This document shows, in pieces, positions 29,185-36,732 of a DNA stretch of 54,392 nt (positions are counted from its first letter, which is position 1; each line of letters starts with the position of its first letter). The stretch covers positions 122,494 through 176,885 of the forward strand of contig CAZLVD010000001.1 in the NCBI GenBank assembly GCA_964563095.1, written 5' to 3'. Made by a program: the position numbers and the translations under genes. Source of the DNA: an uncultured Rickettsiales bacterium (GTDB lineage Bacteria; Pseudomonadota; Alphaproteobacteria; CAJXXZ01; CAZLVD01). The notes under the pieces were generated by a model. The model worked only from the letters and a program-made list of their open reading frames with translations, searched no databases and was not told where the DNA came from.

Positions 29185-29571
29185 ATGAGTGTACGTATAT
29201 TAGGTGTAGAATTACAACCGAAAAAACAGGTATTTAATGCTTTACAAGGATCTGTATATGGTGTAGGTATGATTACTGCTAAGAAGATTTGTCAAGATTT
29301 AGGTATTGCTGATAGTTTGAGAGTTAGAGATTTAACTGAAGATCAAGTAGTACGTTTATCAGATCATATTTCTTCTAATTACACAGTAGAAGGTGCTTTA
29401 CGTAGAGAGATTAAAGAAAATATTGATAGATTAAAACATATTCGATGCAGACGTGGTATTAGATTACAGGGTAGATTACCTGTACGTGGACAACGTAGCA
29501 AGTCTAATGCTAGAAATGCTAAAGGAAAAGCTGGTGCAACAGCTATTAAGAGAAAGACTTCAAAGAAGTAA
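29185..29571 (+). CDS. rpsM: 30S ribosomal protein S13
   Basis: MSVRILGVELQPKKQV matches the canonical MARIAGVDIP start. The ORF is open from 29137, but the conserved start is at 29185. Confidence 0.9.
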   Translation: MSVRILGVELQPKKQVFNALQGSVYGVGMITAKKICQDLGIADSLRVRDLTEDQVVRLSDHISSNYTVEGALRREIKENIDRLKHIRCRRGIRLQGRLPVRGQRSKSNARNAKGKAGATAIKRKTSKK

Positions 29572-29583
29572 TAGGAGAGAGAA

Positions 29584-30132
29584 ATGACAAAAACAGAAGT
29601 AGAAACAAAGAAAATTGATGCTGTTGCTGCTGAAGCTAACGCAGCTGCGAGTGTATCTGAAGTAGGATCTAAGAAAAAAGCTGATGCTGTAAAAGCTAAA
29701 ACAGACGAAGTAAAAGCTACAGACGAAAATGCTATTGTATTAGATTCGGCTGATCAAGCAAAAAGTAAGAAACTTAAGAAGAGGTTTAATGTAACTGAAG
29801 CATTATTATGCGTACGTTCTACATTAAACAATACAATTGCTGCTATTTGCGATATGAATGGTAACGTATTAAAACAAGAATCTGCAGGTATGATTTTCAA
29901 AGGATCTAAAAAAGGTACTCCTCATGCTGCTTATATAGTAGCTGATAGAGTGGCTAAATGGGCTACAATGGCTGGTATCAAATGTGTAGATGCTAGAGTT
30001 AAGGGTGTAGGTACTGGTAAAGATACAATAGTACGTACATTACATCAAAGAGGAATTGTAGTTAGATCAATTTGCGACATGACAGGTGTTCCTCATGGTG
30101 GATGCAGAGCTAGAAAAGCTAGAAGAACATAA
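29584..30132 (+). CDS. rpsK: 30S ribosomal protein S11 with an Ala/Lys/Glu-rich N-terminal extension of about 55 aa
   Basis: The core CVRSTLNNTIAAICDMNGNVL...GTPHAAYIVA...RVKGVGTGKDTIVR matches S11. AGGAGAGAGAA precedes the ATG. Confidence 0.9.
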   Translation: MTKTEVETKKIDAVAAEANAAASVSEVGSKKKADAVKAKTDEVKATDENAIVLDSADQAKSKKLKKRFNVTEALLCVRSTLNNTIAAICDMNGNVLKQESAGMIFKGSKKGTPHAAYIVADRVAKWATMAGIKCVDARVKGVGTGKDTIVRTLHQRGIVVRSICDMTGVPHGGCRARKARRT

Positions 30133-30410
30133 TAGCAGATTATAATGTTGTGATATGATGAATATGAATAATATAAGCAGTAATATAGTAAGAATATAGC
30201 GTGATGTGAATGAATTTACGATGTATGTGTATGTTTGCGATATGTGAATACTGATATATTTGTATATGTGATGTGAGATGCGTAGAATGTGTGATATGCT
30301 GATATGCATGTAGCATATTTGAAGAATTTGAGATGTATGGTGTAAATTAAGATTATTTGCTATATATGATATATATGATGCGTGAGATGTATATGATATA
30401 TGATGTTTTG
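30131..30410 (+). other. C-depleted, G/T/A-only spacer built from degenerate GATRTG-like motifs
   Basis: Hand count is about 12 C versus about 66 G in 280 nt on the + strand. Recurrent gatatg, gatgtg and gagatg. Confidence 0.6.
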
Positions 30411-30470
30411 TCGCTCTCTATAGTGGAATTTAATATATAATTGCTGTAAATAAATCTGATATAATATCTT

Positions 30471-31175
30471 GTGTTTACAGAAATCATGAATTATGTTTTA
30501 CCTAGAACATGTTTAGTGTGCGAATGTACGTTATGGCAATCAGATTCTGAAAATATTATTTGTTATGAGTGTTTTAATAAAATGAAATGGATTACAAATC
30601 CTGTATGTGTCAAATGTAATAAACATATGCATATTATTAGTCTTGATAACAAATGTTGCGATATATGTGAATTGAATAAATGGGCTTACGATAAATTAAT
30701 AGCCTCTGTATATTATGATGATTATGCTGCTAAAATTGCGATGAAACTGAAATATAGAGGCATGGGAGCGGAATTTATAGCTAAAATGATTAGTAATAAA
30801 TGTGAAAGCAAACCTGATTATATACTATCCATACCATTACATTCTACTCGACTACTGAAAAGAGGATTTAATCAATCAGAATTAATAGCTGTAGCGCTAT
30901 CTAAAATCATGCATGTTGATTACATACCTGCTCTTGAGCGTATATATTATACTAAATCTCAAGGTGGCTTAACTCAAAAAGAGCGTTTGAAGAATGTGAC
31001 TAATGCTTTTACAGTGAAATATGAATGGATGCAGGATTTAAAAGATAAAAACGTTTTATTGATAGATGATGTGATGACTACAGGAGCCACAGTACACGCT
31101 GCGTCTTTAGCATTATCTTCAGCGCATGTATCATCGATTATTATAGGTGTATGGGCTAAGCGTGATTTGGATTAA
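30471..31175 (+). CDS. comF: ComF-family phosphoribosyltransferase-like protein (ComFC)
   Basis: N-terminal double CxxC zinc finger (CLVCEC...CYEC, CVKC...CDIC). HSTRLLKRGFNQSELIA. PRTase loop VLLIDDVMTTGAT. Start is GTG 30471 or ATG 30486. Confidence 0.75.
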   Translation: MFTEIMNYVLPRTCLVCECTLWQSDSENIICYECFNKMKWITNPVCVKCNKHMHIISLDNKCCDICELNKWAYDKLIASVYYDDYAAKIAMKLKYRGMGAEFIAKMISNKCESKPDYILSIPLHSTRLLKRGFNQSELIAVALSKIMHVDYIPALERIYYTKSQGGLTQKERLKNVTNAFTVKYEWMQDLKDKNVLLIDDVMTTGATVHAASLALSSAHVSSIIIGVWAKRDLD

Positions 31176-31237
31176 CTCTTCAGCGCATGTATCATCGATT
31201 ACTATAGGTGTATGGGCTAAGCGTGATTTGGATTAAC
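31116..31237. repeat. 61-bp tandem duplication covering the last 57 nt of comF plus its stop codon (1 mismatch)
   Basis: tcttcagcgcatgtatcatcgatta[t/c]tataggtgtatgggctaagcgtgatttggattaac at 31116-31176 and 31177-31237. Confidence 0.9.
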
Positions 31238-31278
31238 ATAATATATGATTGAATTGAGTGAGTGTTAATGATATCATA

Positions 31279-31350
31279 TGGGAACAGTAGGGATCGAACC
31301 TACGACATCTACAACGTCAATGTAGCGCTCTACCGCTGAGCTATGTACCC
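31279..31350 (-). tRNA. tRNA-Val (anticodon GAC)
   Basis: Reverse complement GGGTACATAGCTCAGCGGTAGAGCGCTACATTGACGTTGTAGATGTCGTAGGTTCGATCCCTACTGTTCCCA. Anticodon loop is TTGACGT. One U-U mismatch in the acceptor stem. Confidence 0.85.
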
Positions 31351-31503
31351 TGCAAATATTATAATCGAAACAATATATTATACAAGATATAATTACTCAT
31401 CTATCAAATAAATCTACTGTATCAATATCACACTGAAGAATATTTTCTCAGGTTTTACAGAATTTTTGCAAAAATAGTGGTAATTATATGAAAATTTGTT
31501 AGA

Positions 31504-31713
31504 ATGTATGCAGGAGTAAAAGTGGCAGTACCTAAAAAGAAAACGAGCTTGCGTAGAGGTAGACTCAGAAGAACACATTATGTTGTAAGACAATTAGCAA
31601 AAGGTAAATGCAGTCAATGCGGACATCATACAGTAAATTTTACAGCTTGTAATGCATGTGGTTTCTATAAAAACAGATCATATGCTTCAGTGTTAAATGT
31701 AAAAGCAGTTTAA
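31504..31713 (+). CDS. rpmF: 50S ribosomal protein L32
   Basis: VAVPKKKTSLRRGRLRR plus the CxxC...CxxC zinc ribbon (CSQCGH...CNACGFY). The true start may be the GTG at 31522. Confidence 0.8.
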   Translation: MYAGVKVAVPKKKTSLRRGRLRRTHYVVRQLAKGKCSQCGHHTVNFTACNACGFYKNRSYASVLNVKAV

Positions 31714-31800
31714 TATTATCTATTTAAATTTTATATATGAATTTTATATTTGTCATACATATGATTTCTATATGAATGTATAGTCAATGTATTGCAGTAA

Positions 31801-33117
31801 TTATTTATAATAAATTACTACAGTGTATTTTAATAACATACCTTCAAGTGTAGACGTAATATTGATATTATTTGAATTGGTAATTTTCATAAATTCTTCT
31901 TGTAAATGCTGAGTAAAATCTATTGTATCCTGATATGTGCGTGGTTTTTTAATTTTCATTACAATAGTCGTTTTATTCTGCATATATTGTACTGAAGTAA
32001 TGATAGGTTTTAGTTGATCAAAGATACTTATTATATGCATGAGATATTGCTGTTCTGTTTTACGTCGAGAAAGCATATCATTAATACGTGATACATGTGC
32101 ATAAGTTGGTACTGTAGTATTTACAAACATACTTTGCATAGACTGAGTGATAGTTTGTCTTTCAGAATAATATTGTGTCACTTGATGATTATATTGCTTA
32201 ATATTTAGTTGTAAAAAAATACATGCGAATACAGATATACTCATACCAATATATACATAAATATTCTTAATACCAGATTGTATAAATGGTATATTAGTAT
32301 CTTTATCTATTTGTATTTTTAAATCAGTCAATTTGCAATAATCAGCTGTCTTTTTGATAAATATATCGCTGTATGTATTGTATAAATATTCAAAAATATT
32401 TGACTGAGCTAACTCTAAAGAGAGTAGATTTCTATCAAATGTTGGATGCATTGTAGGATCTATATGTTCTATATAAATCCAGTTATCTATACAAGTTTCT
32501 GTGATAATTTGCTCAGATTCTTCTACTATAATTTTGATTAAATATTTCGAATCATTAGTAAATTGCTTAAGATATACAGAGGTTTCTAGTATATCTGAGA
32601 ATAATGTATGTCTATTTGGATGAAATGCTCTACATGTGATTAATTGCTTATCTATAACTCCAAGGCAGATGTATTGATTAGTATCTTTATCGTAATATAA
32701 ATACAAACCTGTTTTCAAATCTAAAATACTTAAATGTTTAAGTAATATAAGAGCTTTCCAAGAAATAGCATGTATAATATCTGCAAAAGCATATATCATG
32801 TCTTTGATATCGCCTGCAGCCAACCATACAGTACATGTATTAATACGATATGTATAAGTCAGCTCATTGGACATAAGTAGATTTTTACTATGATATATTT
32901 CCCAATATTCTCTATCTTTCGATTTCAAATTTTCTGGAACTTTTTTACTATAAATATATGCGGCATTATAATCAAAAATTATATCTAACATCAGCTGATT
33001 ATCATCTGCGTATGCTAAAGCAGCACGTAGTGAATCTTCATAAATAATATGATCATGCGATACTATTTTTGTATTCAAATCAGATGATACAAAACATGTG
33101 CAAAGTTTTCTATGCAT
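31801..33117 (-). CDS. Hypothetical bitopic membrane protein, candidate fused PilM/PilN-like or GspL-like assembly component
   Basis: 438 aa. About 285 aa of cytoplasmic region, a single TM segment (IYVYIGMSISVFACIFLQLNI), then a helical stretch and a C-terminal alpha/beta module of about 60 aa. Third gene after pilB-like and pilC-like on the same strand. Confidence 0.4.
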   Translation of the reverse strand: MHRKLCTCFVSSDLNTKIVSHDHIIYEDSLRAALAYADDNQLMLDIIFDYNAAYIYSKKVPENLKSKDREYWEIYHSKNLLMSNELTYTYRINTCTVWLAAGDIKDMIYAFADIIHAISWKALILLKHLSILDLKTGLYLYYDKDTNQYICLGVIDKQLITCRAFHPNRHTLFSDILETSVYLKQFTNDSKYLIKIIVEESEQIITETCIDNWIYIEHIDPTMHPTFDRNLLSLELAQSNIFEYLYNTYSDIFIKKTADYCKLTDLKIQIDKDTNIPFIQSGIKNIYVYIGMSISVFACIFLQLNIKQYNHQVTQYYSERQTITQSMQSMFVNTTVPTYAHVSRINDMLSRRKTEQQYLMHIISIFDQLKPIITSVQYMQNKTTIVMKIKKPRTYQDTIDFTQHLQEEFMKITNSNNINITSTLEGMLLKYTVVIYYK

Positions 33118-33196
33118 GATAACCTTTCAGAATATATTAAACGAATGTATATATTTTGTAAACAATAAAAGTAAAATTTTCATAAATTATAATAAA

Positions 33197-34372
33197 TTAT
33201 AATAAATTGGTGAGAGAAGAGTAAATAGGTATGATGCCACCAAAAATGATGATCAAGAATAAAATACCTACTATAGCTAATATGATGGGCTGTATCATTG
33301 TAGTCAATATATTTAATTTAGCATTTAAATTTTCTTGATACATTTCAGATAATTGCTCAGCATTCATTGCTATAGAAGCTGCATTTGTAGAAATACATAA
33401 TAACTGTTTACTTTCTTCTGGAAGGAAATTACTTGCCATGAAGGTATCTTCTAGACTTTGTCCTGATAATAAGTTCTTTTTCATATTTGTAATGTCTGCT
33501 GTAAATTTTGGATGTATAAATTCTTCAATACATTCTAATGCTGTCAATAATGGTATTTGTTGATTGAGCAATCTAGATAATGTCTTAAAGAAAATAATCA
33601 AATAATATTCATGTACTAATGTCTTGATATATGGAGTATTAAATAGTATTTTTTCATTTAATTGATAATATCTATTGATTATCATATATGTTATAACGCT
33701 TGCTATGATTAAACATAATATTATTACATAATGCTTAGCTATTGTTTCGCCTGTATTAGATAAGATTTGCGTGAGTAAAGGCACCTTACCATTCATTTCT
33801 TTAATCATTTGAGCGAATGTAGGTATTAATGATGTGATAAAATAGATTATCATAGGTATTGCTAGAGTTAATGTAACAATTGGATAATATAGAGCAGCTT
33901 TACATTTTGCTTTAAAATTCAACAGAAAATCATAATGCGAGCGTAAGAATCCGAATGCAGCCGTTAGATTACCTGTTTTTTCAGACAGGGCTATAGTATT
34001 CACAAAAATACGATCTTGGCAGATATTACTTTCTGAAAATGCTTGCGATAATTGATCACCCATATCTAATCTATGTTTTAATAATCTAGATACATGTGCG
34101 ATTTTATTATTGATACTTTTTGACATAATATCTAAAGCTATAGATAATTCCAATCCGGATTGTAACAATTGAGAAAGTGAATTACACCAAGTAGCTATTT
34201 CTGCATGTGATAAATGAGTCGTGCCAAAAGATGATGTGAAAGCTTTTTTTACTGTCAATACATACAAAGATTGATTGATCAAAGATTTCTTTACTGATTC
34301 TTCTGATTGAGCTTCTATATATCCTGCGTGTTTTTTACCTAAGTGATCTATAGCTTCATATTTGAAAAACAT
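33197..34372 (-). CDS. pilC: Type IV pilus / type II secretion platform protein (PilC/GspF family)
   Basis: 391 aa. The N-terminus FKYEAIDHLGKKHAGYIEAQSEESVKKSLINQSLYV is typical of the family. Duplicated T2SS-F architecture with 3 hydrophobic segments. Confidence 0.8.
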   Translation of the reverse strand: MFFKYEAIDHLGKKHAGYIEAQSEESVKKSLINQSLYVLTVKKAFTSSFGTTHLSHAEIATWCNSLSQLLQSGLELSIALDIMSKSINNKIAHVSRLLKHRLDMGDQLSQAFSESNICQDRIFVNTIALSEKTGNLTAAFGFLRSHYDFLLNFKAKCKAALYYPIVTLTLAIPMIIYFITSLIPTFAQMIKEMNGKVPLLTQILSNTGETIAKHYVIILCLIIASVITYMIINRYYQLNEKILFNTPYIKTLVHEYYLIIFFKTLSRLLNQQIPLLTALECIEEFIHPKFTADITNMKKNLLSGQSLEDTFMASNFLPEESKQLLCISTNAASIAMNAEQLSEMYQENLNAKLNILTTMIQPIILAIVGILFLIIIFGGIIPIYSSLTNLL

Positions 34373-34541
34373 TTTTACTCCTCTTTCTTCTACATGATTT
34401 TGTTTTAAAAATTGTTATTTTAATTAAAAAAAATACACAATATTCTTTTATTAAACTTACATCTTTATATTGATTATAGTGTTGCAGCAATAAAAAACTC
34501 TAAAGCTGTAAGTTAAATAAAATAATCTATACATTTGTTAT

Positions 34542-36188
34542 TTATATTAATAAATGTATACGATTCACTTCATCAAGACTTGTTTCCATAGTAATGATTT
34601 TATGTTTCATAGCATCATCTAATGGATTGACATAACCTTTGTTGTATAAAATTTGAGACGCTGTATGAATATCATGCTTGACCAAAATATCTCTAATTTC
34701 ATGATTGATATTGAGAATTTGAGCTACAGCCATACGTCCGTTATACCCTGTATATCTACAAGTCTCACATCCCACAGCATCGCAAATTTTCTCACATCTA
34801 TATCCTAAAATATTTTTCTCAATATCTGTTGTTTCTCTCAGCTTTTTACATTTATCGCACAATCTTCGTACTAAACGCTGATTCACGATACCTGTTAAAT
34901 GAGACGAGAGTAGATTTTTATTTATCCCCATATCTTCCATACGATCAAATACACCAAATATATCGCTAGTATGTAATGTAGTTAATACTAATCTACCTGT
35001 CATAGCAGCTCGCATAGCTATATTCGCGGTTTCATTATCACGTATTTCGCTAATAGATATAATATCCGGATCTTGTCTCAATATTGATCGTGCTGCAGAT
35101 GCTATAGTCATTTGTTTATATTGATGTAGATCTGTTTGCCTAAAGTATGGTATTGAATACTCAACAGGATCTTCAATAGTTGTAATACTTACATCAGCTT
35201 TATGCATTTTCAGTAACATTCCACACATTAATGTACTTTTACCTGCTCCTGTAGGACCTGTAACGATAAAAATCCCATGCGTATGTTGAATAATGCTATT
35301 TAGCTGCTCCATATCATGATTTGTATAACCAAGTTTATCTAAAGACATTAATGCTTTCTGTTTATCTAAAATTCTAATGACTGTATTTTCACCATATACA
35401 ACAGGATGAGTAGAAATACGCATATCAATAGTCTTTCCAAAGATTTGCATACTAAAATGTCCATCTTGAGAAGAGAGTGTATGAGAAATATCCATATTTG
35501 CTAGCACTTTAATACGAACACAGAGATTTTTCCATTTATCTTTAGGTATCAGACATAATTGACTTAATACTCCATCAATACGCACTCTAATTCTCACAAA
35601 AAATTCTTCAGGTTCAAAATGTATATCACTCGCGCGTTTCTTGACACAATCAGTAAGTAAAGCGGATAAAATATTCATAGCAAAACTTTCATCAATACTA
35701 TACTGCTGATCAAGTATTTGCATCCAATGAATAATTGTTTTGTGTTCAGAAAAAGTATCTTCGATTACTTCAAGTAATTGTTGTTGATTAGTGAGCATGT
35801 AAATAATTTGTTTGCCTGGAAAATTCTGCTTTAGTTGATCCTTAATATGTAATTCTAATTGTTGAGCTATAGCAATAGATATAGTATTATCTTCGATATC
35901 AAACGCTAACAGATTATTTTTGATACAATATTCTTTATTCAACTTGCGAGCTATATTAGTCTTTATATCAACAAATTTTATATCCACAGTTTTTATATTA
36001 TCTTTTTGACTTAGAATTTGCATGAGAGTACTAGAAGCTATGAAATTCATAGTGACTAGTAATTGCTCAATGGTATTATTAGTATTTATTGTTGCGAGCT
36101 TTATAATATGACTCTGATCAGGGGTAATAAATCCATTCTGTTCTAAATATTCTAATAAATCTGATTTTAAATCTATAGATTGATTCAT
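34542..36188 (-). CDS. pilB: Type IV pilus / type II secretion assembly ATPase (PilB/GspE family)
   Basis: 548 aa. N-terminal T2SSE_N-like helices, Walker A GPTGAGKST, Walker B/Asp box DPDIISISEIRD, His box TGRLVLTTLHT, and tetracysteine CDKC...CETC. Confidence 0.85.
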   Translation of the reverse strand: MNQSIDLKSDLLEYLEQNGFITPDQSHIIKLATINTNNTIEQLLVTMNFIASSTLMQILSQKDNIKTVDIKFVDIKTNIARKLNKEYCIKNNLLAFDIEDNTISIAIAQQLELHIKDQLKQNFPGKQIIYMLTNQQQLLEVIEDTFSEHKTIIHWMQILDQQYSIDESFAMNILSALLTDCVKKRASDIHFEPEEFFVRIRVRIDGVLSQLCLIPKDKWKNLCVRIKVLANMDISHTLSSQDGHFSMQIFGKTIDMRISTHPVVYGENTVIRILDKQKALMSLDKLGYTNHDMEQLNSIIQHTHGIFIVTGPTGAGKSTLMCGMLLKMHKADVSITTIEDPVEYSIPYFRQTDLHQYKQMTIASAARSILRQDPDIISISEIRDNETANIAMRAAMTGRLVLTTLHTSDIFGVFDRMEDMGINKNLLSSHLTGIVNQRLVRRLCDKCKKLRETTDIEKNILGYRCEKICDAVGCETCRYTGYNGRMAVAQILNINHEIRDILVKHDIHTASQILYNKGYVNPLDDAMKHKIITMETSLDEVNRIHLLI

Positions 36189-36370
36189 AATATCTCCTAA
36201 AAAGTTTGTTTACATTGATTAGTAATTATATTCATTAGCTGACGACGTGAAACAACAACTATCATTTATGTATCAGAAGACTTTTTATAAGACAAGAGTA
36301 TGAATTGATGATGATGCATATTTGCAATGAATATGTTTAGTGTATTATAGTGCTACTATATACTAATTAT

Positions 36371-36670
36371 ATGAAATATAAGACATTATACGATGCTATT
36401 TTATCGAAATTACACAAAGATATTAGCAAAGAGGATATGCTTTTATTTAAACTAATTCAATATTGGGCAGAAATTATGTCAGAAATATCTCAGATTACTA
36501 AACCTGAAAAGCTGAATTTGAAGCATAATACATTGACTATTACTGTACATCCAGGTTTTGCAATGACAATACAATATCAGCATCAGCGTATAAAAGATAC
36601 AGTGAATATGTTTTTGGGTATGAATTATGTTGAGCATGTCATTTTACGTCAAGAATTATCAATTGAATAA
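36371..36670 (+). CDS. DUF721/DciA-like small protein (possible helicase-loading factor)
   Basis: About 99 aa. The pattern LIQYWAEIMSEISQITKPEKLNLKHNTLTITVHPGFAMTIQYQHQRIKDTVNMFLG matches the DUF721 layout (W..ivg..i...t.p..l..g.L.v.v.s..w...L). Confidence 0.45.
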   Translation: MKYKTLYDAILSKLHKDISKEDMLLFKLIQYWAEIMSEISQITKPEKLNLKHNTLTITVHPGFAMTIQYQHQRIKDTVNMFLGMNYVEHVILRQELSIE

Positions 36671-36732
36671 AATCATATACTTATTATTGATAATTTAATA
36701 TATGTTTGCTAAAATTAGATTAGGATGTTTTT

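Noticed and set aside
30067-30309. 80-aa minus-strand ORF across the rpsK 3' end and the C-depleted spacer
   Set aside because: It overlaps the S11 coding end. Its Ile/Ser/His/Tyr-rich composition is simply the complement of the G/T/A-only repeat words. There is no SD.
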